The notes below the pieces were generated by a model. It ran no database searches, was not told the DNA's origin, and worked only from the letters and a program-made list of their open reading frames with translations. Positions 26,788 through 37,293 of a stretch of DNA of 64,000 bases are shown in pieces; the stretch's first letter is position 1; each line of letters begins with the position of its first letter. The translations under genes were made by a program, and so were the position numbers. The stretch lies in assembly GCA_048498735.1 (NCBI GenBank), contig JBEHXK010000002.1, positions 28,057 to 92,056 on the forward strand, read 5' to 3'. Source of the DNA: Pseudomonadota bacterium. Lineage in GTDB: Bacteria > Pseudomonadota > Alphaproteobacteria > Rickettsiales > UBA8987.

Positions 26788-28221
26788 ATGTCCGATGTGA
26801 AATCCTTTGATGTTGTTGTTATTGGCGGTGGCCCTGGTGGTTATGTCGCGGCGATCCGCGCGAGCCAGCTTGGCTTTAAAACTGCAGTGGTTGAGAAGGA
26901 ACATCTTGGCGGCATCTGCCTGAACTGGGGGTGTATTCCAACAAAAGCGCTTCTTCGTTCAGCGGAAGTTTATCACCTGATGAAACATGCCGGCAATTTC
27001 GGCCTTTCTGCAGATAATATAAAATTTGATTTCTCTAAAGTGATCGAACGCTCACGCGCAGTTTCAGCACAACTTACCAAAGGCGTGCAAGGCCTGATGA
27101 AAAAGAACAAGATCGAAGTCATCATGGGATATGGAAAGCTCAACGGCAAAGGAAAAATTTCTGTCCGTGAAACTGCAGACCGTGATTCGAAAAAGATCGC
27201 CGATATTGAAGCGCGCCATATCATCCTTGCAACTGGCGCACGCGCACGCACTCTTCCGGGTCTTGAACATGATGAGAAGCTGGTATGGAGCTATCGCAAG
27301 GCTATGGTTGCTGATGAAATGCCAAAATCCCTTGTGGTGGTCGGCAGCGGAGCGATCGGTATCGAATTCGCAAGTTTCTATCACACACTTGGTGCTGATG
27401 TAACTGTCGTGGAAGTGGCTGATAGAGTTCTTCCGGTTGAAGATGCAGAAATCTCTAAAATCGCTCATAAATCTTTCGAGAAGCAAGGCATGAAGATCCG
27501 CACATCAACAACAGTTGAGAAGCTTGATAAAGGCAAAAATGATGTCACCGTCACGCTAAAAACTAAAGATGGCGCAGAAGAAAAACTTACGGTTGATCGC
27601 GTTATCCTTGCGGTTGGCGTTGTCGCTAACACTGAAAACCTTGGCCTTGAAGGTAGCGACGTTAAAATAGAGAAGGGCATGCTTTCAACTGATGAATTCA
27701 ACAAAACTGATGCTGATGGCGTTTATGCAATTGGTGACGTTGCTTCTGCCCCAATGCTTGCACACAAGGCTTCTCATGAAGGTATAATCTGCGTTGAGAA
27801 GATCGCTTATGATGAAGGCAAATATGATCATAAACCGCACCCGATGAAACGTGAAAATATTCCGGGCTGTACATATTGCCATCCGCAGGTTGCATCTGTT
27901 GGCTTAACGGAAGATAAAGCCAAAGCTGCCGGATATAATCTGAAGATCGGCCGTTTCCCTTATGTTGCGAACGGTAAGGCGATTGCGCTTGGTGATACTG
28001 AAGGCATGGTAAAAACCATTTTCAATGCTGATACGGGTGAGCTTCTTGGTGCACATTTGATTGGTGCTGAGGTCACTGAACTGATTCAGGGTTTTGTCAT
28101 TGGCAAAACCGCTGAACTTTCTGAGGAAGATTTCATGCACACCGTATTCCCGCATCCAACCCTTTCGGAAATGATGCATGAATCCGTTCTCGATGCTTAT
28201 AAAAAAGTCATCCACTATTAA
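26788..28221 (+). CDS. lpdA: dihydrolipoyl dehydrogenase (E3)
   Basis: 'FDVVVIGGGPGGY', redox-active 'GGICLNWGCIPTKAL' and 'HPTLSEM'. ATG 26788, preceded by AGGTGA, is preferred over the track's GTG 26779. Confidence 0.93.
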   Translation: MSDVKSFDVVVIGGGPGGYVAAIRASQLGFKTAVVEKEHLGGICLNWGCIPTKALLRSAEVYHLMKHAGNFGLSADNIKFDFSKVIERSRAVSAQLTKGVQGLMKKNKIEVIMGYGKLNGKGKISVRETADRDSKKIADIEARHIILATGARARTLPGLEHDEKLVWSYRKAMVADEMPKSLVVVGSGAIGIEFASFYHTLGADVTVVEVADRVLPVEDAEISKIAHKSFEKQGMKIRTSTTVEKLDKGKNDVTVTLKTKDGAEEKLTVDRVILAVGVVANTENLGLEGSDVKIEKGMLSTDEFNKTDADGVYAIGDVASAPMLAHKASHEGIICVEKIAYDEGKYDHKPHPMKRENIPGCTYCHPQVASVGLTEDKAKAAGYNLKIGRFPYVANGKAIALGDTEGMVKTIFNADTGELLGAHLIGAEVTELIQGFVIGKTAELSEEDFMHTVFPHPTLSEMMHESVLDAYKKVIHY

Positions 28222-28227
28222 ACTTGC

Positions 28228-30066
28228 ATGAGATCAGTTGGCGCATTTTTTGATAGACTTGAACGTAACAGCCTATATGCCATATTATTTACCATACTTC
28301 TCGTTGGCTCGCTGAATTTCTATAAATATCACCGCTTGTATAATGAGCTTACTGATAAATATAAGGTTGATCCCATAGCTGAACAGCAGCTGACACCGTT
28401 CTACCAATATCACTTTTCTGATTTCAAAGAAAATTATGTTGATATATATTATTTGGATGCCTGGGCACCGGTCGGTTACAAATTCATTCTGAAAAATCTT
28501 TCACCATATTTTCATCCCATCTCTATAATAAATGCAATAATCGCGCTGGAATATATGGTAAGCCTTATATTCGTCTATCTTGCTTCAAAGAAGTTCTTTG
28601 GCGTGATGGGTGCCGCGGCATCATGCATGTTTTTGCTTACCAATTATATGGTCACCCTTCAGGATGGCATGCCGCATTCCTATGTCATACCTCTGACCGC
28701 GATCACTCTTTATGCACTTCTCACAGACAAATTATGGCTCGGATTATTATCTGCCATTCTTGCTTTCTGCTTTTATCCCAGCGCCGGCTTTTTTATTGTT
28801 GTTACATTTGGCCTGAAAGAATATCTGGTAAAACCATATCTTGCCGGTAACAGATATGGTTTCAGGCAAAGCGCTGCAAATATCTTAAGCCGCAAAACAT
28901 TATATTTTATTATTACTGGGCTAATTGCCATCGCCATTGCCTTTTCCATGATATCAAGCAGCAAGGAATATGGTGCGCGCATCAATGCGCATGAACAGCA
29001 GGAATTTCCTGAAGCCTACAAATATGGCCGTTATTTTGTCGGTAATGATATACCGCCGACAGGCAATGTATTTGTTGAATATTTCAACTGGACGCAATTC
29101 TTCTTCATGCTCAATTTCCTCACCAAAATGATACCTGAGGAATTCATGATCCTTTATGTCATAAGCGCTGTGCTTTATGCCATAAAGCTTGTCGCGCTTA
29201 TACTGACGGTAAGATATTGTTTCAAAAATTTCCGCAGCAATCTGCCTAATACACACAGCATAACGCTGATCTCATATCTCGGGGCAATGACCATATGTTT
29301 CTTCCTCTCTGAGATATTCTTTCCTTTCTTTTTTATGCCGGCGCGATATATGCAATTACTGTTGCCTGCCATAATGGTATATTACACATTTCCCGGGTTG
29401 CTGATATTATTCCGGGTATATTTCAACAAACTTTCAGAGCAGAATATAAAACTTTTGGGGTTGGTTTTTGCTGTAATATTTAACCTCGTCAATGGCGCAT
29501 ATGTTGATAAGAATATAACTACTAATGAAAGCCGCGAAGAATATAAGGGCTTGTATGACTTTGTTTCCTCCCTTCCAGAAACAAGTGTAATTGCCGGCTG
29601 GCCAAGTGGTAGGATAAAAAGTGCTGAGGAGCAGCTTGCAGAACAGCAGATAAAAAAGAAGGACAGGAAATTCATTCCGCTTTCGCCGATTGAAGGGCTT
29701 GAAGTGATAACTGCCCGCCGTGCTTATTACAATTTTGAGGTTCACCAGGCGATCCATAAGAATTTCATGCTGCATATGCGTGAAGTGGCCGATAAATTCT
29801 TTGATGCATATTTCGCAACCTCAATTGATGAGCTTAAAAAATTCCGTGATGAAACCGGCACTGGTTATATGATAGTTGATAGCTATCAGTTCCTTGAGCC
29901 CACCGATCCTAATTATGCCAAGCCGGAATATTTTGTGCCGTTTGATATATATGTTAACGCTAAGCTTGAAAATGTGGATAAGAAAAAATTCATTCTTCCA
30001 AAACTGGAAAAAGATGCAGTTTATCATGATGACAGATATTACATCATCGATTTAAAGAAACTCTAA
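28228..30066 (+). CDS. polytopic membrane protein with C-terminal soluble domain (possible GT-C-fold glycosyltransferase)
   Basis: 612 aa. About 11-13 hydrophobic helices in the first 420 aa or so, then a hydrophilic domain of about 190 aa. Starts 6 nt after the lpd stop. No firm family motif read. Confidence 0.45.
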   Translation: MRSVGAFFDRLERNSLYAILFTILLVGSLNFYKYHRLYNELTDKYKVDPIAEQQLTPFYQYHFSDFKENYVDIYYLDAWAPVGYKFILKNLSPYFHPISIINAIIALEYMVSLIFVYLASKKFFGVMGAAASCMFLLTNYMVTLQDGMPHSYVIPLTAITLYALLTDKLWLGLLSAILAFCFYPSAGFFIVVTFGLKEYLVKPYLAGNRYGFRQSAANILSRKTLYFIITGLIAIAIAFSMISSSKEYGARINAHEQQEFPEAYKYGRYFVGNDIPPTGNVFVEYFNWTQFFFMLNFLTKMIPEEFMILYVISAVLYAIKLVALILTVRYCFKNFRSNLPNTHSITLISYLGAMTICFFLSEIFFPFFFMPARYMQLLLPAIMVYYTFPGLLILFRVYFNKLSEQNIKLLGLVFAVIFNLVNGAYVDKNITTNESREEYKGLYDFVSSLPETSVIAGWPSGRIKSAEEQLAEQQIKKKDRKFIPLSPIEGLEVITARRAYYNFEVHQAIHKNFMLHMREVADKFFDAYFATSIDELKKFRDETGTGYMIVDSYQFLEPTDPNYAKPEYFVPFDIYVNAKLENVDKKKFILPKLEKDAVYHDDRYYIIDLKKL

Positions 30067-30069
30067 ACC

Positions 30070-30930
30070 TTACCAGGCGAATTCTTCTATAATATAATCA
30101 GGCGTGCCCTGGTCTTTTTCAAAATGCTCTAATAACTTTGCTTCAACTATCTTTCCATTTACATAGAAATCGCGCTTGTGAATTCCACCTGCAACCAGCA
30201 GAGAGCCCGCACCAAGCACGTTAGCGCCGGCAATATCAGTATGAAGTGAATCGCCAATGCACAATATTTTTTCATGATGTTCTTTACCGAGGCCAAAAAA
30301 ATCCAGGCATTTTTTATAGGCATTATCATGCGGCTTGCCAAAATAGGTTATCTTGCCACCATGTTCCATATAATATATACCCATCAATCCGGCACATATC
30401 TGCTCTTCACCGGTCTGCTTCACTACTATCTTATCAGGATTTGCAACGAACAGGTGTAGTCCAGCCTGCAGGCACTCATCAAGCTGGTGCTGCTTCTCAT
30501 CAAAGCTTGAACCGAATCCTTCAAAGCCTGTAGCCAGTGCAAAATCAGCCTCTTTTGCTTTCGCAACTTCTTCAAAATTCAAACCCTGCAGAAGATAGCG
30601 GTCTTTCTCCGGGCCGATATAATAATATTTATTCCCCAGGTTTTTCGCGGTTTTGATGAATTCGTAGGTCACTTCGCCAGAAGTGATAAGCAGGTCATAC
30701 ATTGTTTCATCAAAGCCAAGTTCCTGTAATTTCTCACGTGCAATAGAAGCGCGGCGAGGGGCATTAGATAGTAAAACGATCTTTTTGCCTGCTGCTTTTA
30801 AATTCTTCAGCGCGCTTACGGCACCCTTATAAGGGTCGTGTCCGTCGTGCAGAACTCCCCAGAGATCGATTATATAATAATCAAATTTATTTGTTATTTC
30901 GGAAATGCCTTTGATGAAATTTAGCGCCAT
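30070..30930 (-). CDS. HAD superfamily hydrolase, subfamily IIA (TIGR01459-like)
   Basis: 'YIIDLWGVLHDG' is the DxxGV nucleophile motif, followed by 'LLSNAPR' and 'GDSLHTDIAGA'. ATG 30930 is preferred, 2 nt after the fabH stop. The track's longer form overlaps fabH. Confidence 0.75.
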   Translation of the reverse strand: MALNFIKGISEITNKFDYYIIDLWGVLHDGHDPYKGAVSALKNLKAAGKKIVLLSNAPRRASIAREKLQELGFDETMYDLLITSGEVTYEFIKTAKNLGNKYYYIGPEKDRYLLQGLNFEEVAKAKEADFALATGFEGFGSSFDEKQHQLDECLQAGLHLFVANPDKIVVKQTGEEQICAGLMGIYYMEHGGKITYFGKPHDNAYKKCLDFFGLGKEHHEKILCIGDSLHTDIAGANVLGAGSLLVAGGIHKRDFYVNGKIVEAKLLEHFEKDQGTPDYIIEEFAW

Positions 30931-30932
30931 AA

Positions 30933-31889
30933 CTAGAACCTTATGATCGCGCTGCCCCATGTTAATCCGCCACCGATGGCCTGAGTTGCAACCACGTCGC
31001 CTTTTTTGATCTTGCCTTGCTTCACGCCAACATCTAAAGCAAGCGGGATTGAAGCGGCAGATGTGTTGCCATGGTCTGCAACGGTAGAAATAAGTTTGTC
31101 AGGGCTTGTGCCAAGTTTTTTGATCGTGGCATCAAGAATACGCTGGTTTGCCTGGTGCGGTACAACCCAAGTGATATCATCTGCTTTAAGGCCGGCTTTT
31201 TCCATGCTGATCAGAGTTGTTTCAGCAAGTTTCAGAACCGCGTGTTTGAAAACTTCCTGTCCCGCCATTTTAATAAAGCCGGAATTCTGCGTGCTGCTGA
31301 CACCGCCTGTTGTATAAAGCAGGTCTTTCGTGCTGTTATCAGAATGAAGTGAATATGCCAGCACGCCACCTTTCGCATTTTCTTCTGCAGAAAGCACTAT
31401 AGCGCCTGCGCCATCGCCAAATAAAATACATGTGCCACGGTCAGTCCAGTCCAGAATACGAGACATTGTTTCTGCACCGATCACCAGCGCTTTTTTGAAA
31501 TTGCCGCTTTTCAGCATGCTGTCAGCTACTGAAAGCGCATAGATAAAACCTGTGCACACTGCCTGAACGTCAAATGCTGCAGCGGTTTTTATCCCCAGCT
31601 TCTGCTGCACCATCACCGCGGTTGAAGGGAAGGTATTATCAGGTGTTGTGGTTGCAACCACAATAAGGTCAATATCATCAGCGCTGATCTTCGCATCTTC
31701 GATCGCTTTTTGTGCGGCTTTAGCAGCAAGGTCAGAAGTGGTTTCACCATCAGCAGCGATATGGCGCTGTTTTATTCCTGTGCGCTCAACTATCCACTGG
31801 TTATTTGTTTCAACTATTTTTTCTAAGTCAAAATTTGTAAGAATTTTTTCCGGCAGATAGCTGCCAATGCCTTTAATAATGTTTGCCAT
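30933..31889 (-). CDS. fabH: beta-ketoacyl-ACP synthase III
   Basis: 318 aa with the active-site region 'AAFDVQAVCTGFIYAL', 'VPHQANQRI' and 'GNTSAASIPLAL'. Confidence 0.93.
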   Translation of the reverse strand: MANIIKGIGSYLPEKILTNFDLEKIVETNNQWIVERTGIKQRHIAADGETTSDLAAKAAQKAIEDAKISADDIDLIVVATTTPDNTFPSTAVMVQQKLGIKTAAAFDVQAVCTGFIYALSVADSMLKSGNFKKALVIGAETMSRILDWTDRGTCILFGDGAGAIVLSAEENAKGGVLAYSLHSDNSTKDLLYTTGGVSSTQNSGFIKMAGQEVFKHAVLKLAETTLISMEKAGLKADDITWVVPHQANQRILDATIKKLGTSPDKLISTVADHGNTSAASIPLALDVGVKQGKIKKGDVVATQAIGGGLTWGSAIIRF

Positions 31890-32986
31890 TATTCCAGTCC
31901 CTCAACATCAATTTCTTCAGTTTCATTCAAATGCCCGGAAGTTATCATTTCGCGGGTGATATGTTCGTTAATATTATTTTCAACCAGTTTCGCAGCAGTT
32001 TTTATTGCATTGGCAAAGCCAATTTCATCTGTGCTGCCGTGGCTTTTTATTACAATTCCGTTTAAGCCTAAAAGCATTGCGCCATTATACATGCGCGGGT
32101 CCATCTTTTTCTTTACGCGTTTGAATGCCGGAATTGAAAGTGCCGCACCAAACATTCCAAGCGGGTCACGTTTCAATTCAGTTTTAAGAATGTTATTATA
32201 GAGCTTTGAAATACCTTCTGCAGTTTTCAGTGCAATGTTTCCTGAGAAGCCATCAGCAACTACAACATCGGTCGTGCCCATAGCGATATCATCACCTTCG
32301 ATGAAACCATAAAGGTTCAGTTTCAACTCGCTTTCATGTAGTAACTGCAGTGCGGATTTTACCGCTTCATTACCTTTATTCTTTTCAGACCCCACATTTA
32401 GCAGGCCGATAGAAGGATATTCAATTCCAAGCACTGCGCGTGCGAAAGCATTGCCCATCACCGCGAATTCGAACAGGTTATCAGCCTCACAATATATATT
32501 TGCACCTAAGTCAAGCATCACCGAATAGCCTTTCATGTTAGGTAATATTCCGCCGATAGCAGGGCGGTCGATACTTGGCAGTGTTTGCAGGGTGAATTTT
32601 GAAAGCGCCATCAGTGCGCCGGTATTGCCAGATGAAATTATCGCGCCGGCCTCATTATTCTTTACGGCGTTGATCGCCATATACATGCTGGAGTTCTTTC
32701 CCTTTCTAAGCGCATTTGAAGGTTTTTCATGATTGCTGATCACTTCATCGGCATGGATGAATTCGTGCCTTCTTTTTAATATAGGATATTTTTCGATCTC
32801 GGGCAGAACATCACGACTATTGCCATAGATCTTGAACCTTATATGCGGCAGTTCTTCTGCGGCAAGGCTTGCACCATGTATAACACTGCGTGGCGCATGA
32901 TCACCGCCCATTGCATCCAAAGCAATGTGCACGGGTGGTTTATCAGCAGTGGAGAAAATACGGAAATTGTTTTCAACTACTGACAT
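31889..32986 (-). CDS. plsX: phosphate:acyl-ACP acyltransferase
   Basis: 365 aa with 'IALDAMGGDHAP', 'SGNTGALMA' and 'NGIVIKSHGS'. Canonical rpmF-plsX-fabH order. Confidence 0.93.
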   Translation of the reverse strand: MSVVENNFRIFSTADKPPVHIALDAMGGDHAPRSVIHGASLAAEELPHIRFKIYGNSRDVLPEIEKYPILKRRHEFIHADEVISNHEKPSNALRKGKNSSMYMAINAVKNNEAGAIISSGNTGALMALSKFTLQTLPSIDRPAIGGILPNMKGYSVMLDLGANIYCEADNLFEFAVMGNAFARAVLGIEYPSIGLLNVGSEKNKGNEAVKSALQLLHESELKLNLYGFIEGDDIAMGTTDVVVADGFSGNIALKTAEGISKLYNNILKTELKRDPLGMFGAALSIPAFKRVKKKMDPRMYNGAMLLGLNGIVIKSHGSTDEIGFANAIKTAAKLVENNINEHITREMITSGHLNETEEIDVEGLE

Positions 32987-33050
32987 TTGCTTGAGGGTTT
33001 ATGATTGAATGGTGGATAAACGACTAAAAATGCTTCAGGCTTAAACGATA

Positions 33051-33254
33051 TTAAGCAGCATCCTCGTCATTTGCCAATCTATCTTTTACAACGAAAACCT
33101 GACGGCCGCGATAGTAACCATCTGGAGATACGTGGTGAGGAAGTGAATATTCACCAGTTGTGCTGTTTTCAACAACTTTGATCTTTTTTAGAGCTTGGTG
33201 ACTTCTTCTCATATTCCTAGCTGAAGTCGATTTTTTCTTCTTAGGTACTGCCAT
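33051..33254 (-). CDS. rpmF: 50S ribosomal protein L32
   Basis: 67 aa, '[19 protein letters not shown]'. Confidence 0.93.
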   Translation of the reverse strand: MAVPKKKKSTSARNMRRSHQALKKIKVVENSTTGEYSLPHHVSPDGYYRGRQVFVVKDRLANDEDAA

Positions 33255-33378
33255 TTTAAATCTCCGGTTCTTTAAGGCTTATTTTTAGCCTTGTAATTTA
33301 GCCATTTATAGTTTTTATATAACTATCTTTTAATGTGAGGGCTTAATAAAGCAACTTGAACCTAAAATCCAGCAAAAA

Positions 33379-33870
33379 ATGAAAAAAACGCTCAAAAATT
33401 TACTTATACCATTAGTATTGATAGCAATTTCGGCCTGTTCCAAGGATATTGAAAATCGTGGCTATGTGGTTAAATTCTCTGATTTCTCTAAGATTAAGCC
33501 AGGCGTAACCACTAAAGAGCAGGTTCTGAAGGATTACGGCACACCAACCACCACCTCGATCTTTGGCCAGGAAACTTGGTATTATATAGGCAAGGAACAG
33601 ACCAAGGAAACCTTTTTTGACCCTAAGGTCAAAACCTATGATGGCTATGCTATCAGCTTCAATGATAAGGGTATTGTGAGCGATGTGAAAGTGAAGGGCA
33701 AGTCTGACCTTAAAAAGGTTGATGTTGAGGATGATCACACTGAAACTGCCGGCAACCATATAACCATATGGCAGCAGCTATTCGGAAACTTGGGCAAATT
33801 CAACCCGACAGGCCGCCAGAACAGGGGCGTTTCACCTGGGGCGATGGGCACTTCATACCCGGGCAGGTAA
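33379..33870 (+). CDS. bamE: outer membrane protein assembly factor BamE (SmpA/OmlA lipoprotein)
   Basis: 163 aa with lipobox 'IAISAC'. 'IKPGVTTKEQVLKDYGTPTTTSIFGQETWYYI' is the SmpA/OmlA pattern. Confidence 0.7.
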   Translation: MKKTLKNLLIPLVLIAISACSKDIENRGYVVKFSDFSKIKPGVTTKEQVLKDYGTPTTTSIFGQETWYYIGKEQTKETFFDPKVKTYDGYAISFNDKGIVSDVKVKGKSDLKKVDVEDDHTETAGNHITIWQQLFGNLGKFNPTGRQNRGVSPGAMGTSYPGR

Positions 33871-33950
33871 TTCCTTAATATATTTCTGGCATTTGTGTAT
33901 TTTTCCATTATTTATGTGCCGGAATTTAAAAAAGAGTTTGAGGGCCTAAA

Positions 33951-35144
33951 ATGACATCACAAGCCAAAGCGAAATATATCAGATATTATGACAGCCGTGA
34001 TTTCTTCTTCACGTCTGAATCAGTATCACACGGTCACCCGGATAAAGTGGCTGACCAGATCTCTGATGCCATTCTTGATGCTTATTTGAAGGAAGATCCA
34101 TACTCGCGCGTTGCGGTTGAAACCCTTGTAACAACCGATACAGTTGTTATCGCAGGTGAGGTTCGCGGTTCTGAATCGGTAAAAAATCGTGTTGAAGAGA
34201 TCGTTCGCAATCAGATTAAACATATTGGTTATAACCATGAAGGTTTTTCATGGGATACTGCAAAGATCACTAATAAGATCCATGCTCAATCGGCTGAGAT
34301 CGCTCAGGGTGTTGATGCTAAAGATCCTTCCAAGGAAGGTGCGGGTGATCAGGGCATCATGTTCGGTTATGCCTGCCGTGAATCAGAAGATCTGATGCCG
34401 GCACCTATATATTATTCTCACAAAATCCTTCGTTTGATATTTGAAGATATAAAATCCGGCAAACTGCCTAACCTTGGGCCTGATGCAAAATCTCAGGTGT
34501 CGCTTCATTATCATGGTAATGAACCGGTTGGCATACACAATCTGGTTATCTCAATTCAACACACACCTGATCTTAATCAGGCTCAGATACGTGATCTGCT
34601 TCGTCCTTACATTGCAAAAACTTTCCCGAAAGGCTGGACTGTTCCTGAGGAAGAATTCTATGTAAACCCTACAGGCAGCTTTGTTGTTGGTGGCCCACAG
34701 GCGGATACAGGTCTGACAGGCCGTAAGATTATAGTTGATACGTATGGCGGTTCAGCACCTCATGGTGGCGGTGCCTTCTCTGGTAAAGATCCTACCAAGG
34801 TTGATCGCAGTGCAGCTTACATGGCGCGCTATCTTGCGAAAAACGTTGTTGCAGCTGGTCTTGCAAATGCATGTACTATTCAGCTTGCATATGCAATAGG
34901 TGTTGCAAAACCTCTGGCACTTTATGTGAATGTTCACGGCACTGGTGAGAATGGTGTTGAAGATCATATCACTGAAACAATATGGAAAAATGTTGATCTT
35001 ACTCCTTGGGGTTTGAGAAACCACCTGCAGCTTCACAAAGCGATCTATCTTCCAACCGCAGCATATGGCCACTTTGGCCGTACACCTGGCCCTAATGGTG
35101 AGTTCTCTTGGGAACGTGTTGATCTGATCGATAAACTGAAATAA
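33951..35144 (+). CDS. metK: S-adenosylmethionine synthetase
   Basis: 397 aa with '[25 protein letters not shown]', '[12 protein letters not shown]' and '[16 protein letters not shown]'. Confidence 0.96.
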   Translation: MTSQAKAKYIRYYDSRDFFFTSESVSHGHPDKVADQISDAILDAYLKEDPYSRVAVETLVTTDTVVIAGEVRGSESVKNRVEEIVRNQIKHIGYNHEGFSWDTAKITNKIHAQSAEIAQGVDAKDPSKEGAGDQGIMFGYACRESEDLMPAPIYYSHKILRLIFEDIKSGKLPNLGPDAKSQVSLHYHGNEPVGIHNLVISIQHTPDLNQAQIRDLLRPYIAKTFPKGWTVPEEEFYVNPTGSFVVGGPQADTGLTGRKIIVDTYGGSAPHGGGAFSGKDPTKVDRSAAYMARYLAKNVVAAGLANACTIQLAYAIGVAKPLALYVNVHGTGENGVEDHITETIWKNVDLTPWGLRNHLQLHKAIYLPTAAYGHFGRTPGPNGEFSWERVDLIDKLK

Positions 35145-35423
35145 TTAAAAAATTATTTTCATCTGCATACTTCCGGCCTGAAAAATTCCGCCATATCATA
35201 TGTTCAGCGGAAAGTTATTTCTGCTGTTTTGCGAAAGATTTTTAACCGGCCGGTTGATCTTACCTCTCACGAGGGCATGTTATTTTTTGCGGGATTCAGG
35301 CTTTATAAATAAGTTGCCACACAACTACCCTGATGAAATTAAAAACTGATATGCAATTGCTCGCGAAAATTGAAGGCGCCTTCATTTAGAAATAAATTTT
35401 CTGAGTATGAAATAAATTAGGAA

Positions 35424-37202
35424 TTAACTTTCAAGAATATCCTTAACGCGTTCAGCAAGCTGATTCAGCGTATAAGGTTTCGGCAGGAAGTTGAACTTAC
35501 GTTCAGCGCCATATTGCCCGTAGAAAGCATCTTCGCCATAGCCGGAGACGAACACTACTTTTATATTAGGGTATTTCTTTAATACCTGCGCAACCATTTC
35601 CGGGCCATTGATGCCTGGCATTACCACATCTGAAATTATCAGGTCGATATTACCTTTATTTTCTTCCACAACTTCCAGTGCATTTTCACCTGAAAATGCT
35701 TCCAGAACATTATAACCTTTGTTCTTAAGCGCGCGGGAAGAGAATATCCTCACCGGTTCCTCATCCTCAACAATCAACACTGTGCCCTGGCCGGTCAGGT
35801 CTTTCGCTTTTTCTTTTACAATATTTTCCTGTGCAATATCTTCTGCAGTTTTTTCATAACGTTTTATGAATATCAAAAACTCAGTTCCTGCCCCTTTTTC
35901 ACTCGATACAAAAATATATCCGCCGGTCTGCTCAATAATGCCAGTCACAGTTGCAAGTCCTAAGCCAGTTCCATGGCCGATCTGTTTTGTGGTGAAAAAT
36001 GGCTCGAATATTTTTTTCAAATTTTCCGGTGGAATTCCTGTGCCATTATCAGTAATAGAGATCATCACATATTTGCCAGGCGTAATATCCACAAAGCCAA
36101 CATGATTATTATATTTGAACTTTATATCAGGTGCCGAAATTATTTCTTTATTGCGGCATTTTATTTCCAGCATGCCACCGCCTGAATTTTTTGCTACAAT
36201 CGCATCACGAGCATTTATCGCCAGGTTTATAAGCACCTGCTCAAGCTGCGATTTATCCGCGCGAATGTCCCAGCTATCATGCTCAACATGGAAATTCAGG
36301 TTTATATTTTCGCCTATCAACCTGCGGAGTAAGTTAGATATCTCCGAAAGCACATTGCCGATCTGCACTGCTTCCATCTGCATTGTCTGTTTACGTGAAA
36401 ATGCCAGTAATTGCTTCACCAAACTTGCTGCACGATTGGCATTCTGCTTTATATGCATGATATCAACGAATGATGAATCACCCGCAGCATGGCGTGTTAA
36501 TAGCAGGTCGCAGAAACCGATAATCGCTGTCAGCAGGTTATTGAAATCATGTGCCACACCACCTGCAAGCTGGCCGATAGCCTGCATTTTTTGCGCCTGG
36601 ATGAATTTTTCTTTCAGGCCAATATTCTCACTATTATCAATAAACTGTGCCAGATATATATGTGTATTATTTATATCCGCAACCGGCACTGAGAAGAAGG
36701 TAAATGGGGTTTTATTGGCATCATTCAATATCGCCTCACCAACAAGTGATTTGCGTTCATTATCAGCCATGAAACTAATGAAATCATTCACATTGCATAC
36801 AAAATTATCTTGTATATTCCTGGATTCCAGGCTCAAACCTCGTTTTACCAGCAGATCCTTAAAAGCCTTATTGCGCTTAACAAGTTTCAAATGCTCATCG
36901 AACAATATTGAAGGTATGGGGTTATTCTCAACAAACTTGTCCCACGATACTTCGCGGGCAAAACTGCTGGTAGATTCCATTTTTATTGGCAGGCTCTTTT
37001 TGGTCTTGGTTTCATTTAATGCTTTTAGCAGCTTCGCGATATCATCAGCAAAATATGAAAGATAGATCCCCAGTAAAACCATAAGGCATATAATAGATAG
37101 GAAAGGGAATATGTCGTTCGAACCTGCATCATGTAACAGGGCGAAGGTCACTGTCAGGGTAGAGAGCAACAGGAAGATTGCGATCTTTAGAAAATTATCC
37201 AC
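35424..37202 (-). CDS. hybrid sensor histidine kinase/response regulator, CckA-like
   Basis: 592 aa. Two N-terminal TM helices and a PAS-like region. The H-box 'GQLAGGVAHDFNNLLTAIIGFCDLLL' is of the type found in CckA. N/G boxes 'INLAINARDA' and 'GTGLGLATV'. C-terminal receiver 'VLIVEDEEPVR...DLIISDVVMPG'. That it is a hybrid histidine kinase is near certain; orthology to CckA is inference. Confidence 0.65.
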   Translation of the reverse strand: MDNFLKIAIFLLLSTLTVTFALLHDAGSNDIFPFLSIICLMVLLGIYLSYFADDIAKLLKALNETKTKKSLPIKMESTSSFAREVSWDKFVENNPIPSILFDEHLKLVKRNKAFKDLLVKRGLSLESRNIQDNFVCNVNDFISFMADNERKSLVGEAILNDANKTPFTFFSVPVADINNTHIYLAQFIDNSENIGLKEKFIQAQKMQAIGQLAGGVAHDFNNLLTAIIGFCDLLLTRHAAGDSSFVDIMHIKQNANRAASLVKQLLAFSRKQTMQMEAVQIGNVLSEISNLLRRLIGENINLNFHVEHDSWDIRADKSQLEQVLINLAINARDAIVAKNSGGGMLEIKCRNKEIISAPDIKFKYNNHVGFVDITPGKYVMISITDNGTGIPPENLKKIFEPFFTTKQIGHGTGLGLATVTGIIEQTGGYIFVSSEKGAGTEFLIFIKRYEKTAEDIAQENIVKEKAKDLTGQGTVLIVEDEEPVRIFSSRALKNKGYNVLEAFSGENALEVVEENKGNIDLIISDVVMPGINGPEMVAQVLKKYPNIKVVFVSGYGEDAFYGQYGAERKFNFLPKPYTLNQLAERVKDILES

Positions 37203-37293
37203 TAAAATAATTTATTTAACGTTTGCAAAAGTTTTTTACAGTTTTTATAAATAGCTTATAGGTTTTTCTATAATTCCATTTGTTTTGAGTATA

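Noticed and set aside
33871-33950. Looked for a SAM riboswitch upstream of metK
   Set aside because: The 80-nt AT-rich spacer has no recognisable SAM-II or SAM-V pseudoknot elements.
36115-37065. 316-aa ORF on the + strand
   Set aside because: Antisense to the hybrid histidine kinase. Its Ser/Phe/Ile-rich nonsense composition marks it as a shadow ORF.
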